In this document: positions 21,027 through 31,705 of the stretch, in pieces | Position numbering within the stretch: the first letter of the stretch is position 1 | How the letters are laid out: every line of letters begins with the position of its first letter | Origin: Candidatus Nanopelagicales bacterium | Lineage (GTDB): Bacteria > Actinomycetota > Actinomycetes > S36-B12 | Length of the DNA stretch: 64,000 bases | Assembly: GCA_018402235.1 (NCBI GenBank) | Contig: JAGYJJ010000004.1 | Coordinates: forward strand, 329,256-393,255 | Direction of reading: 5' to 3' | Notes under the pieces: model-generated | What the model saw: the letters and a program-made list of their open reading frames with translations, nothing else | Told to the model about the DNA's origin: nothing | Databases searched by the model: none | Program-made: the position numbers and the translations under genes

Positions 21027-21884
21027 TCAACGGACTACCTCCTGATCGGGTGCACCAACGGCATCGGAGGGGATCGTGCCAATGTCTTGCCATCGAACGC
21101 GGTCACCACGAAAGACGGGACCATCGATGCATGAGCGCACCATGCGCGTAACGCCATCGTCGCCCACCACAGGCAGCACACATGTCATGCACACTCCAAT
21201 GCCGCAAGCCATGGATTCCTCCACAGCGCACTGGCTGAAGACCCGGCGCTTGGTGGAAATGCGTGCCACTTCCGCGAGCATAGGCATCGGTCCGCAGGCA
21301 TAGACGACATCCGTCGCTGCGCGATCGATGGCCTCACCTAAAGCATCTGTCACCCGACCACGAACCCCGGCACTCCCATCGTCCGTGGTGATCGTGAGCG
21401 ATGAAGCGAGCCGCTTAAGTTCAAGTACCCCGAAAAGTTTGGCTTCGGTCGAGGCGCCGATCACCATGTCAACTCGACACCCACGATCGCGCAAGTCCTG
21501 CGCGAGCATGAACAGTGGTGCACTCCCGTACCCACCCCCCACCAGCACACAGGACACCCCCTGCTTGGGCAAGGAGAACGGCTGCCCCAGGGGTCCGACG
21601 AGACTGACAACATCGTGGCGCCGTCTTTCCGCAAGCCACTTGGTTCCCAGCCCCTGAACTGCGACTGCAATGTCCAGCGTGCCGCCGTACACACCCCGTG
21701 ACGCGATCTGATGGATGGCGAACGCGCGCCGCAAAACCATGCTGGACTCTTCTCCACCCATTGCCAACGTCACGAAATGTCCAGGGCGTGCGGTCTCCGC
21801 GATGCCCGGGGCGGTGAGTGAGAGCACGTGATAGTCGCCAACGCGTCGATTGTCGAGTACCTCGGACATGACCTGTTCAGGCAT
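21027..21884 (-). CDS. pyrK: dihydroorotate dehydrogenase electron-transfer subunit
   Basis: FAD/NAD-binding fold plus the C-terminal 2Fe-2S motif CAVEESMACGIGVCMTCVLPV. The ATG shares one nt with the carB stop. Confidence 0.88.
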   Translation of the reverse strand: MPEQVMSEVLDNRRVGDYHVLSLTAPGIAETARPGHFVTLAMGGEESSMVLRRAFAIHQIASRGVYGGTLDIAVAVQGLGTKWLAERRRHDVVSLVGPLGQPFSLPKQGVSCVLVGGGYGSAPLFMLAQDLRDRGCRVDMVIGASTEAKLFGVLELKRLASSLTITTDDGSAGVRGRVTDALGEAIDRAATDVVYACGPMPMLAEVARISTKRRVFSQCAVEESMACGIGVCMTCVLPVVGDDGVTRMVRSCIDGPVFRGDRVRWQDIGTIPSDAVGAPDQEVVR

Positions 21885-24800
21885 TAATCGTCCGCCGCTT
21901 CCTGTAGTTGACGTAGTTTCGCCAATGCCGCTGCGTGCTCTTGCAGGGACCGCACTCCAGGATCAGCGGCAACCAACGCGTCGATTCCTTGGACAGCGGC
22001 GCTCAGTCCCTGCACAGTGGTAACACACGGAACACCCATCATCACCGCAGCTGTACGGATCTCGTATCCATCCACTCGAGGCCCGACTCCGTACGGAGTG
22101 TTGATGATTAGGTCGATACCACCAGCCATGATCACCTCAACAGTTGTTCGAACGCCGTCGGCACTCGGTCCTTCGTGTTGTTTGCGAAGAACTTCGACTT
22201 CGATTCCGTTGCGACGCAGGACATCGGCGGTTCCCTGGGTTGCCATGATGTGAAATCCCAGATCGGCGAGACGCTTGATCGGTAGCACGGCAGCCCGCTT
22301 GTCGCGATTGGCGAGGGAGACGAATGCTGTTCCACTGGTGGGTAGCCCACCCGCGAAAGCGCCCTGTTGGGACTTGGCGAAGGCGATACCGAAGGAATCA
22401 TCAATACCCATTACCTCCCCTGTGGATTTCATCTCTGGCCCCAGGACTGAGTCGACCCCGTGGAACCTGCCGAACGGCAGTACCGCTTCCTTGACCGCGA
22501 TCGCACTTCCGACAGGGAGGTTTCCACCATCTCCGAAAGCAGGCAACAAGCCTTCAATGCGCAACTGCTTGACGCTTTCTCCCAGCATGATTCGAGCAGC
22601 CGCTTTTGCCACCTGCACACCCGTAGCTTTCGACACGAACGGCACCGTTCGTGAGGCTCTTGGATTGGCCTCGAGTACGAAAAGCGTGTCGGCGACCAAC
22701 GCGAATTGAACATTCAACAGCCCACGCACCCCCACTCCGCGCGCGATGCCCATGGTCGACTCCCGAATCCGCTCGATGTCGGAGGCACCCAAAGTAATCG
22801 GCGGCAAAGCGCAAGCGGAGTCTCCCGAGTGAATGCCCGCCTCCTCGATGTGCTCCATGACGCCAGCCAGATACAACTCCTCGCCATCGAAGAGCGCATC
22901 TACATCGATCTCGATCGCGTCATCAAGGAATCGGTCGACGAGTACTGGATGCTCGCTCGTGACGTCGGTAGAGCGCTGCAAGTAGTCCGCGAGCATGGCA
23001 TCGTCGTAGACGATCTCCATGCCTCGACCGCCGAGAACGTAACTGGGGCGCACCAGAATCGGGTAGCCAATACGTGCCGCGATGGCTTTGGCTTCAACAA
23101 ACGAACCAGCCGTCCCATGGTCGGGCGCCGGTAACCCTGCTCGAGCCAGGACCTCTCCGAATGCCCCGCGCTCCTCAGCCAAGTGGATTGCCGCAGGACT
23201 GGTGCCCACGATCGGCACTCCAGCATCAGCCAGCCGCTGGGCGAGCCCGAGCGGTGTTTGACCGCCGAGTTGGACGATCACCCCAGCTACGTGCCCGCGC
23301 GTTTGCTCGGCGTGGACAACTTCCAGCACGTCTTCGCAGGTGAGTGGTTCGAAGTACAAGCGATCCGAAGTGTCGTAGTCTGTGGAGACGGTTTCGGGGT
23401 TGCAGTTGACCATGATGGTTTCGTAGCCAGCATCCGACAGCGCAAGTGCAGCATGGACACACGAGTAATCAAACTCGATTCCCTGGCCGATCCGATTCGG
23501 ACCAGAACCCAAGATGATCACCTTGTCGCGGTCTGAAGGTCGAGACTCATCCTCCTCGTCGTAAGACGAGTAGTGATAGGGAGTGGCGGCTTCGAACTCC
23601 GCCGCACACGTATCCACAGTCTTGTAAACAGGTCGCATCCCCCACGAATGTCGCAACTCGCGGACCTCATCCTCCGATAGTCCACGCAGGTGGCCGATCT
23701 GCTCGTCACTGAAACCCATTTGCTTTGCCTCAAAGAGTGTCGGCCGATCCAGCGCCTCCGACCCTGAGATTGCATCGGCCATTTCGTTGATCTGGGTTAT
23801 CTGGTCTAGGAACCACGGATCGATGCCTGTCGCTTCGTACACCGCATCGATACCCGCTCCGGCCCACAGAGCCTGTTGCACGAGCAGCAAACGACCATCG
23901 TGCGGCCTTCGCATGCGATTAAGGAGATTGGAGATGTCAATAGACTTCGTGGGCCAGGAGAACACCGCCGATGGCCGTTCCATCGAACGCAAGGCCTTCT
24001 GCAGAGATTCCGGGAAGCTGCGGCCGATGGCCATGGCTTCACCGACACTTTTCATCGTGGTGGTAAGTGTGGTGTCGGCACCTGGGAATTTCTCGAAGGC
24101 AAAACGTGGAATCTTCACCACGATGTAATCCAAAGTGGGCTCGAAGGAGGCAGGAGTTTTCTCGGTGATGTCGTTTGGTATTTCGTCGAGGGTATAGCCG
24201 ATAGCCAGCCGTGCAGCGATCTTCGCGATCGGGAATCCGGTTGCCTTGGATGCCAGGGCAGATGACCGCGAAACTCTGGGGTTCATCTCAATCACGATCA
24301 TCCGACCGTCGTCAGGATTTATGGCGAACTGGATGTTGCAACCACCGGTGTCGACCCCAACGGCACGGATGATGTCGATTCCGACATCGCGCATGTGTTG
24401 GTACTCCCGATCGGTCAACGTGAGCGAAGGGGCCACGGTGATGGAATCACCGGTGTGAACACCCATGGGGTCGAGATTCTCAATCGAGCACACAACCACG
24501 ACGTTGTCATTGCGATCGCGCATCAACTCGAGTTCGAACTCCTTCCAGCCGATAATCGACTCCTCGAGGAGGACCTCGGTAGTTGGGCTCGCTTGGAGTC
24601 CAGCTCCGGCAATTCGGGCGAGATCATCGGGGTTGTACGCGATACCTGACCCGGCACCACCCATGGTGAAGGACGGACGCACCACTACCGGATATCCCAA
24701 ATCCTCCGTTGCCGCAAAGCATTCTTCGAGGGTGTGACAGATGATCGATTGAGCACTTTGCCCACCGATCGCTTCGACGATGGACCGGAACTTCTCTCGA

Positions 24801-25183
24801 TTCTCACCCCGCTCGATGGCTTCGACATCGGCGCCGATGAGTTCGACGCCGTACTTGTCCAGGACGCCGGCGTGATGCAAGGCGATGGCGGTGTTCAACG
24901 CTGTTTGGCCACCTAAGGTGGGGAGCAGCGCATCTGGACGTTCCTTGGCGATGATGCGCTCTACATATTCCGGCGTGATCGGTTCCACGTATGTTGCATC
25001 AGCGAATTCCGGATCCGTCATGATCGTGGCCGGGTTGGAGTTGACCAAGACGACCCGAAGACCCTCTGCCTTGAGAACCCGGCAGGCCTGAGTACCCGAG
25101 TAGTCGAATTCACAAGCCTGGCCAATCACGATGGGGCCGGATCCGATGACCATGACCGATGAGATATCCGAGCGCTTGGGCAT
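21884..25183 (-). CDS. carB: carbamoyl-phosphate synthase large subunit
   Basis: 1099 aa, [33 protein letters not shown]..., with duplicated ATP-grasp halves. Intact. Confidence 0.98.
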   Translation of the reverse strand: MPKRSDISSVMVIGSGPIVIGQACEFDYSGTQACRVLKAEGLRVVLVNSNPATIMTDPEFADATYVEPITPEYVERIIAKERPDALLPTLGGQTALNTAIALHHAGVLDKYGVELIGADVEAIERGENREKFRSIVEAIGGQSAQSIICHTLEECFAATEDLGYPVVVRPSFTMGGAGSGIAYNPDDLARIAGAGLQASPTTEVLLEESIIGWKEFELELMRDRNDNVVVVCSIENLDPMGVHTGDSITVAPSLTLTDREYQHMRDVGIDIIRAVGVDTGGCNIQFAINPDDGRMIVIEMNPRVSRSSALASKATGFPIAKIAARLAIGYTLDEIPNDITEKTPASFEPTLDYIVVKIPRFAFEKFPGADTTLTTTMKSVGEAMAIGRSFPESLQKALRSMERPSAVFSWPTKSIDISNLLNRMRRPHDGRLLLVQQALWAGAGIDAVYEATGIDPWFLDQITQINEMADAISGSEALDRPTLFEAKQMGFSDEQIGHLRGLSEDEVRELRHSWGMRPVYKTVDTCAAEFEAATPYHYSSYDEEDESRPSDRDKVIILGSGPNRIGQGIEFDYSCVHAALALSDAGYETIMVNCNPETVSTDYDTSDRLYFEPLTCEDVLEVVHAEQTRGHVAGVIVQLGGQTPLGLAQRLADAGVPIVGTSPAAIHLAEERGAFGEVLARAGLPAPDHGTAGSFVEAKAIAARIGYPILVRPSYVLGGRGMEIVYDDAMLADYLQRSTDVTSEHPVLVDRFLDDAIEIDVDALFDGEELYLAGVMEHIEEAGIHSGDSACALPPITLGASDIERIRESTMGIARGVGVRGLLNVQFALVADTLFVLEANPRASRTVPFVSKATGVQVAKAAARIMLGESVKQLRIEGLLPAFGDGGNLPVGSAIAVKEAVLPFGRFHGVDSVLGPEMKSTGEVMGIDDSFGIAFAKSQQGAFAGGLPTSGTAFVSLANRDKRAAVLPIKRLADLGFHIMATQGTADVLRRNGIEVEVLRKQHEGPSADGVRTTVEVIMAGGIDLIINTPYGVGPRVDGYEIRTAAVMMGVPCVTTVQGLSAAVQGIDALVAADPGVRSLQEHAAALAKLRQLQEAADD

Positions 25184-26314
25184 CAGCGGCCACCGACTGG
25201 CGACAACGCAGAAGCGAAACGATCAAAAAGATATGAGGCATCGTGCGGACCAGCGGCGGCTTCAGGGTGGTACTGAACACTGAATGCCGAACCATCGACC
25301 AGTTCCAGGCCCTCAACCACGCCGTCGTTCAAGCACACATGCGAAACACGCGCCCCTCCGAAAGGCGTCTCGAATACCTCTCCGACCGGTGCCTGCACCG
25401 CGAAGCCATGGTTGTGTGCAGTCACCTCGACCTTCCCTGTAGTCAGATCTTGCACGGGTTGATTGATACCGCGGTGACCAAAGCGCAACTTATAGGTGGG
25501 CAAGCCCAGGGCTCGACCCAAAATTTGATTGCCGAAACAAATGCCGAACACCGGGATTTTGGCCTCTAGTGCACTCGTCATCAAGGCAACAGCGTGATCC
25601 GCCGCTGCTGGGTCGCCGGGACCGTTGGAGAAGAAGACTCCATCCGGATTGAAGGCAACAATCCCCTCCCAGCCGATCGTTGCCGGCACCACGTGAACCG
25701 TGATGCCGCGCTCTGCCATCCGATGCGGCGTCATGGACTTGATCCCTAGGTCGACAGCAACCACTGTGGCAATAGGTTCACCGATAGCCGCGATCGTGTA
25801 GACCTGATCGGTAGTTACTTCCTCGGTCAGGTTCGCACCCACCATCCCCGGGCTCGCTCGGACTGCCTCGAGTAGGTCGTCGGGAGACCGCCTGGACGCT
25901 GCACCGCTAAAGATGCCGACTCGCATGGCCCCCGCCTCGCGCAGGTGGCGTGTGAGAGCTCGGGTGTCGACCCCGCTGATTCCAACAACGCCGAAATCGC
26001 GTAACTCCTCATCCAAGCTTCGTTGGGCTCGCCAGTTCGAGGAGATTCGCGAAGGATTACGCACCACGTAATCCAGCGACCCAGATCCGCGTGGATTCAC
26101 GATCCTCATCATTCACGCCGGTGTTTCCGATGTGCGGGGCCGTCATGATCACGACCTGGCCGCGGTAGGAGGGATCGGTCAGCGTCTCCTGATACCCGGT
26201 CATGCCTGTTGAGAAGACAGCCTCACCAAAGGCCTCCCCCAGCGCCCCATACGCGAATCCGTGCATGCTTCGGCCATCTTCGAGAACCAAGACGGCCGGC
26301 TCGCGGGTGTTCAT
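25183..26314 (-). pseudogene. carA: carbamoyl-phosphate synthase small subunit, frameshifted near 26070
   Basis: ORF 26057..26314 ends ...[30 protein letters not shown] 25183..26112 resumes at [16 protein letters not shown]. Removing one T from ggaTTacg (plus-strand aa at 26070-26071) restores WVAGYVVRNPS. Confidence 0.9.
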
Positions 26315-26925
26315 GGCGTCTCTCCCTCCAGCGGATCGAGTGTCAAGTTCTCCCCTGATACAAAGCAGGTTGGGAAAGCGGCCATGAGCCCATCCAACAA
26401 GGTCCGATGATCTGCGCCGTCATCCGCCCGGAAACCGGTATCGACCAACCGTGGACCCAACTGCCACGTGAGGACAATCACGCTGTCCTTCGCGCGTACC
26501 GTGCCGGCAACACCGCGGTCTGTACGCACCGCCCTGAGATCGTCAGCAGGGATCAGGAAAGACGACGCACCTTCGCGGCGAATGCCGATTCCGTCGGCAG
26601 AAAGTCTGGCCTCTGCTCGGCCGCGCACCCCAAGACCATGCACCGCGATGCGATCCAACCAATTTCCCGCGGTGGAAGTGCCCACGTACAGGCCACTCAC
26701 GCTCGGGGAGTTGCCGACCGCCTCCGCCCGCTCATCGTCGTGCGCATCACCAAGAGCACGCGGGGACGGCACATCGGCCTGCCGTTTTTGTCGAGCGATC
26801 CAACCGCGCAGCATGGCCCAGAGCACGAGGGCGATGATGGCGAACATGGCGCCAACCAAGACCAAGCGGGCAGGCCAATTCGTCACGGACGCCTGTTCGG
26901 TGAAACCAGCAGCAAATACGCTCAT
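26311..26925 (-). CDS. conserved membrane-anchored PH-like domain protein of actinobacterial pyr operons
   Basis: 204 aa with one N-terminal TM helix ([19 protein letters not shown]) and a soluble domain. Start and stop both overlap neighbours by ATGA (pyrC stop, carA start). An uncharacterised membrane protein gene occupies the same pyrC-carA slot in M. tuberculosis. Confidence 0.6.
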   Translation of the reverse strand: MSVFAAGFTEQASVTNWPARLVLVGAMFAIIALVLWAMLRGWIARQKRQADVPSPRALGDAHDDERAEAVGNSPSVSGLYVGTSTAGNWLDRIAVHGLGVRGRAEARLSADGIGIRREGASSFLIPADDLRAVRTDRGVAGTVRAKDSVIVLTWQLGPRLVDTGFRADDGADHRTLLDGLMAAFPTCFVSGENLTLDPLEGETP

Positions 26926-28208
26926 GCCATCTGAGCCTCTCGCACGGTAAGGCGTCCCCGAAACAGAACATGTCGCACCGATCCGGGAAAGCGCATCCCC
27001 AGATAGGGGCTATTGCTACTGCGCGAGGACAGACTGCCTGCGTTGAATTCGGTAGGAGTTCGAGGATCCCAAACCAGCAGATTCGCGACCGATCCGACCG
27101 CGAGCGGTTGCCCCTGATCGGCTACTGCGCCGATTCGTGCCGGGGCGACGGACATGCGATCAGCGACCTGATACCAATCCATTAACTCGGTCTTTACGAA
27201 AACTTCCGCAATGACGCCCAAGGCAGTTTCCAAACCCAGCATGCCCATGGCAGCTGCTGCCCACTCGCAATCCTTGTCTTCTCGAGGGTGAGGAGCGTGA
27301 TCAGTGGCGATGATGTCGATTGTGCCGTCTGCCACCGCAGCACGCAGAGCCAGGACATCCTCCGATCGACGCAGCGGTGGGTTGACCTTATAAAGCGGAT
27401 CGAAAGTCTCGACAAGCTCCTCCGTCAGTAGCAAGTGATGGGGAGTCGCCTCGGCTGTCACGTTTATCCCTCGCCCCTTGGCCCAGCGAATCACATCCAC
27501 CGAACCTGCGGTCGAAACGTGACACACGTGCAGACGAGACTTCACGTGCTCGGTCAGCAGGACATCGCGAGCAATGATCGATTCCTCGGCCACGGCTGGC
27601 CAGCCAGCAAGTCCTAACCGGCCCGATAGCTCCCCCTCGTTCATCTGCGCCCCTTCGGTCAGCCGAGGATCTTGCGCATGCTGGGCGATAACACCGTCAA
27701 AGGCCTTCACGTACTCCAGCGCGCGACGCATCATCAAAGGGTCATGGACACACAAGCCATCGTCACTGAACACTCGGACATGAGCTGCACTGTGTGCCAT
27801 CGCACCGAGTTCTGCCAGTTGTTCACCTCGCAGACCGGTCGTCACGGCACCCACGGGGCGGACATCTACCAATCCTGCTTCAACGCCCCGCCGCCACACT
27901 TGCTCAACTACACCTGCGGTATCTGCGACAGGCGAGGTGTTGGCCATCGCGTGCACGCACGTGTAGCCACCTTTGGCGGCGGCGCGGGAACCGGATTCGA
28001 TGGTTTCGGCATGCTCCCTCCCCGGTTCGCGAAGGTGGGTGTGCAAATCAACCAGACCGGGCAACACGATGCACCCATCTGCTTCCACAACGACATCACC
28101 GGCACCAGTACCCGGCTTACATACGTCGACAATGCGGTCACCATCAATCACGAGGTCGCGCACATCGTCCCCGTACAAGCGTCCGGACCTAACCACGACC
28201 GATGCCAT
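26922..28208 (-). CDS. pyrC: dihydroorotase
   Basis: 428 aa, LPGLVDLHTHLREPG...ATDHAPH. Confidence 0.95.
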   Translation of the reverse strand: MASVVVRSGRLYGDDVRDLVIDGDRIVDVCKPGTGAGDVVVEADGCIVLPGLVDLHTHLREPGREHAETIESGSRAAAKGGYTCVHAMANTSPVADTAGVVEQVWRRGVEAGLVDVRPVGAVTTGLRGEQLAELGAMAHSAAHVRVFSDDGLCVHDPLMMRRALEYVKAFDGVIAQHAQDPRLTEGAQMNEGELSGRLGLAGWPAVAEESIIARDVLLTEHVKSRLHVCHVSTAGSVDVIRWAKGRGINVTAEATPHHLLLTEELVETFDPLYKVNPPLRRSEDVLALRAAVADGTIDIIATDHAPHPREDKDCEWAAAAMGMLGLETALGVIAEVFVKTELMDWYQVADRMSVAPARIGAVADQGQPLAVGSVANLLVWDPRTPTEFNAGSLSSRSSNSPYLGMRFPGSVRHVLFRGRLTVREAQMA

Positions 28209-29179
28209 CAGACACCTTCCTTATCGGCCCTATCGGGAGTTTCGGAGTTGGCGCCTCCCAAGAGCAGGTACAAAACAGCCATCCGCACATTCACTCCGTT
28301 CGTGACCTGTTCAACGATCACCGCTCGCGGCGAATCGGCTACCTCAGCCGAAATCTCCATACCTCGATTCATCGGGCCGGGGTGGAGTACGACGGCATCC
28401 GGTGGCAGCGCTCTCATGCGCCGAGCATCGAGTCCATATAGCCGTGAGTACTCCAGGGCTGACGGGAAGTACGAGCCGGCCATACGTTCGGCCTGGACCC
28501 TGAGCATCATGATTGCGTCCGCGGAAGGTAGAGCCTCGTCGATGTGGTAACTGACCGTGCAGGGCCATGATTCAACCCCCACCGGCAACAACGTGGGAGG
28601 AGCCACTAACGTCACGTGCGCACCGAGAGTGTGCAGCAAGCGAACGTTCGACCGAGCCACTCGACTATGTAGAACATCACCCACGATCACCACTCGGGCA
28701 CCTGATAAATCACCTACGCCACCGCGAAGGTGACGACGGAGCGTGAACGCATCGAGCAGGGCCTGGGTGGGATGTTCGTGCGTTCCGTCGCCCGCATTGA
28801 TAACCGATCCTCCAATCCACCCGGCATTCGCTAGTCGGTAAGGCGCACCCGATGCTCCGTGTCGAATGATGACCGCATCGGCACCCATCGCTTCGAGGGT
28901 GAGCGCAGTGTCCTTCAGGCTCTCACCCTTGGAGACCGACGAACCCTTAGCCGAAAACGTGATGACGTCGGCAGATAGTCGCTTGGCGGCCAACTCGAAC
29001 GACAAGCGGGTTCGGGTGGAATCTTCGAAGAACAAATTGACCACGGTCCGACCCCGGAGAGTGGGTAGCTTCTTGACCGAGCGCTCCGACACCGCCGCCA
29101 ATTCGGCGGTAGTGTCCAAGATCGAGAGTGCCTGATCTCGGGAAAGGTCGTAGGTCGACAGCAGGTGCTTGCCGATCAT
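28208..29179 (-). CDS. pyrB: aspartate carbamoyltransferase catalytic subunit
   Basis: 323 aa, [14 protein letters not shown]...HPTQALLD...LHPGPMNRG. Confidence 0.96.
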   Translation of the reverse strand: MIGKHLLSTYDLSRDQALSILDTTAELAAVSERSVKKLPTLRGRTVVNLFFEDSTRTRLSFELAAKRLSADVITFSAKGSSVSKGESLKDTALTLEAMGADAVIIRHGASGAPYRLANAGWIGGSVINAGDGTHEHPTQALLDAFTLRRHLRGGVGDLSGARVVIVGDVLHSRVARSNVRLLHTLGAHVTLVAPPTLLPVGVESWPCTVSYHIDEALPSADAIMMLRVQAERMAGSYFPSALEYSRLYGLDARRMRALPPDAVVLHPGPMNRGMEISAEVADSPRAVIVEQVTNGVNVRMAVLYLLLGGANSETPDRADKEGV

Positions 29180-29718
29180 GGCGCTACCTGTTCGATCAAT
29201 ACTTCGTCGCTTTCGTCGGATTCGGTGAAATGCACACGGACTACCTCCGCTTGCGACGTCGGCAGATTCTTACCCACGAAATCGGGACGAATGGGAAGCT
29301 CTCGATGGCCTCGATCAACCATCACGGCCAAACGCACGGCAGCCGGACGTCCGATGTCGTTGAGCGCATCAAGTGCTGCACGAATGGTTCGCCCCGAATA
29401 GAGCACATCGTCTACAAGAATCACCGTGCGGTGATCGATTCCTTCACTCGGAATGGACGTCGGCTCCAAGGCCCGGACCTGTCTCATTCGAAGGTCGTCC
29501 CGATACAACGTGACGTCGAGTGTTCCAAACGGGACCGAACTATCTTCAATATCAGCTATGGCGGATGCAATCCGTTGCGCTAGATGCACTCCACGCGTGG
29601 GAATTCCGAGCAAAACCAGTTGGTCGATCCCCCGAGACTTTTCGATAATCTCGTGCGCCATGCGTCGTACGGCGCGGGAAATATCGGCCTCGTCGAGGAC
29701 GACGCGTGCAGGCGGCAT
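29176..29718 (-). CDS. pyrR: bifunctional pyr operon regulator / uracil phosphoribosyltransferase PyrR
   Basis: [27 protein letters not shown]...[24 protein letters not shown] at 29718 lies 5 nt after AAGGGGAGG. The longest ORF starts at 29742. Confidence 0.92.
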   Translation of the reverse strand: MPPARVVLDEADISRAVRRMAHEIIEKSRGIDQLVLLGIPTRGVHLAQRIASAIADIEDSSVPFGTLDVTLYRDDLRMRQVRALEPTSIPSEGIDHRTVILVDDVLYSGRTIRAALDALNDIGRPAAVRLAVMVDRGHRELPIRPDFVGKNLPTSQAEVVRVHFTESDESDEVLIEQVAP

Positions 29719-29722
29719 TGAG

Positions 29723-29758
29723 CCTCCCCTTCCCCGCCTCACAGGACGGGCTTAAAGG
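29723..29758 (-). promoter_or_regulatory. PyrR-binding RNA hairpin overlapping the pyrR Shine-Dalgarno
   Basis: The minus strand reads CCUUUAAGCCCGUCCUGUGAGGCGGGGAAGGGGAGG. Upper stem CCCG/CGGG, loop UCCUGUGAGG (8 of 10 matches to the PyrR loop consensus UCCAGAGAGG), lower stem CCUU/AAGG running into the SD. Confidence 0.6.
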
Positions 29759-29766
29759 AACAACGC

Positions 29767-30258
29767 TCAACCTATCGGACCGGTCTTCGCTGGGCCAGAT
29801 GACTCGCGCCAGGTCTCGAACACCACTGCCTGACCTGAGCGTCCATCGGGCAGATCCACGGTCCACAGCGTGGCATCTTCGATGACGAAACGAGTGCCAT
29901 CTGCCCTTACCCGCTCACCGGAGTAGCCGAACAGAACCCCGTCGGTGGCCACCTGGACCAGGGCACGAGACCGCTCCGCACGAAACTCTGGTGGCGCCGT
30001 CAAGCGAGAGGGCATACCGATTATGTCGTCGACACCCATCCTCCACAGCGCAGCAGCAGCCTTGTTGGCGTAGATGAAGCGCGGGTCGGACCCACCGTCG
30101 TGACACAAAATCACCGCCGGTGAACTCATCATCGCGTCGCCGATGAACCCACGCGACCCAGCAATCAGTTCGCGACCCACCCGCCGCTGGAAACTCGCAG
30201 CGATCGCGGGCGCGATCGCCGTCGATCGCGCCTGAGAACAAGGGCGATTAGACGCCAC
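29767..30258 (-). CDS. MEKHLA (PAS-like) domain-containing protein
   Basis: IAASFQRRVGRELI...SPAVILCHDGGSDPRFIYANKAAAALWRM..IGMPSRLTAPPEFRAERSRAL..GYSGERVRADGTRFVIEDATLWTV..GQAVVFETW matches the MEKHLA pattern. Start at GTG 30258, overlapping the pyk end by 11 nt. The longer 266-aa ORF is a pyk shadow. Confidence 0.78.
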   Translation of the reverse strand: MASNRPCSQARSTAIAPAIAASFQRRVGRELIAGSRGFIGDAMMSSPAVILCHDGGSDPRFIYANKAAAALWRMGVDDIIGMPSRLTAPPEFRAERSRALVQVATDGVLFGYSGERVRADGTRFVIEDATLWTVDLPDGRSGQAVVFETWRESSGPAKTGPIG

Positions 30259-31681
30259 CGCCGGGTCCCGCGCTACCCATCTTGTGCACACGCATACCGT
30301 TGGTGGTCCCCGGGACACCCGGGGGAACGCCGGCAACGATGACCACACGCTCACCGATACTCGCCCGCCCAATATCCAGCAGGGCCTTATCAACCTGCAC
30401 CACCATGTCGTCGGTATGTCGAACCTGCGGTACCAAGAAGGTCTCAACTCCCCACACGAGTGCAAGTTGGCTACGCACGCGTGGGTTCGGGGTGAAAGCC
30501 AATAGCGGCGTAACACAACGCCAGCGGGCAATGAGGCGCGCCGAGCGACCGGTTTCGGTGAAAGCAATCAGATGTGAAGCACCCGTGTACTGGGCCACAT
30601 CAACTGCCGCCCGGGTCAGGGCTCGAGCGGTGGAACCTCGCACCTCCAGGTCGAGTTCAGGAATTCGATCGAGCGCCTCACCCTCCACCCGCTCAATGAT
30701 TCGCGCCATGGTCTCAACGACTAGTGCCGGGTTATGTCCAACGCTGGTTTCTCCAGACAGCATGAGGGCATCGGCTCCGTCGAGGACCGCATTCGCAACA
30801 TCGCTGGCCTCTGCTCGCGTGGGCCGCGACGAGCCGATCATCGACTCGAGCATCTGTGTCGCCACGATGACCGGTTTGCCGGCCTGACGGCACATTTGGA
30901 TCGCCCGCTTTTGGACCAAAGGGACCTGCTCGAGCGGCAGTTCCACACCTAGATCCCCACGCGCGACCATGACACCGTCGAATGCCTCGACAATCTGGTC
31001 GAGATTCTCGATTGCCTGTGGCTTTTCCACCTTTGCGAGCACGGGGACAAAGATGCCTTCGCTTTCCATGACGGCTCGTACTCCCGTGATGTCGTCGGGA
31101 GATCGAACAAAGGAAAGCGCGATCATGTCCACGCCCGTGCGTAGCGCCCAACGCAAATCTTCGATGTCCTTCTCCGAAAGGGCCGGGACGCTCACCGGAA
31201 CCCCGGGGAGGTTGAAGCCCTTGTGATCTGACACCCGACCACCCTCAACGACAATCGTGTGGACATTCGAGCCGTCTACTTTGGTTACTCGCAGTTCGAT
31301 GCGCCCATCGTCCACCAGAACCACATCACCGGGTTGGACATCATCGGTTAGCCCGTTGTGGGTTGTGGACACCATGGAGGCGTCGCCCGGAACGTCGTCG
31401 GTGGTCACGATGAATTCCGCTCCGGGCTCCAACAGCACGGGTCCATTCACGAACGTCCCCAGTCTTATCTTGGGACCTTGGAGGTCTGCCAGAATGCCAA
31501 CCCCCCGACCGACCTCGTCGCTGGCCTCCCGCACGGCAAGGTAGGCCCGCCGATGGTCGTCGCGGTTTCCATGCGAGAGGTTGAGCCTGGCAACGTCCAT
31601 ACCCGCCTCAACGAGGGTACGGATCTGCTCGGTGGTATGGGTTGCGGGTCCCAAAGTTGCCACGATCTTGGCGCGTCGCAT
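30248..31681 (-). CDS. pyk: pyruvate kinase
   Basis: 477 aa, MRRAKIVATLGPAT...GMDVARLNLSHG...MVARGDLGVE. Confidence 0.96.
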   Translation of the reverse strand: MRRAKIVATLGPATHTTEQIRTLVEAGMDVARLNLSHGNRDDHRRAYLAVREASDEVGRGVGILADLQGPKIRLGTFVNGPVLLEPGAEFIVTTDDVPGDASMVSTTHNGLTDDVQPGDVVLVDDGRIELRVTKVDGSNVHTIVVEGGRVSDHKGFNLPGVPVSVPALSEKDIEDLRWALRTGVDMIALSFVRSPDDITGVRAVMESEGIFVPVLAKVEKPQAIENLDQIVEAFDGVMVARGDLGVELPLEQVPLVQKRAIQMCRQAGKPVIVATQMLESMIGSSRPTRAEASDVANAVLDGADALMLSGETSVGHNPALVVETMARIIERVEGEALDRIPELDLEVRGSTARALTRAAVDVAQYTGASHLIAFTETGRSARLIARWRCVTPLLAFTPNPRVRSQLALVWGVETFLVPQVRHTDDMVVQVDKALLDIGRASIGERVVIVAGVPPGVPGTTNGMRVHKMGSAGPGGGV

Positions 31682-31705
31682 GGCGCTGAGCCTATCCGTA
31701 AACGG

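Noticed and set aside
26057-26112. Programmed ribosomal frameshifting as the explanation for the split genes (carA, hisF, hisA, hisH, hisC, ribBA, ribD).
   Set aside because: There is no shared slippery heptamer or downstream stimulatory structure. The shifts go in both directions, and ribBA needs two separate corrections. These families are not known to use recoding. Mutation or consensus error is simpler.
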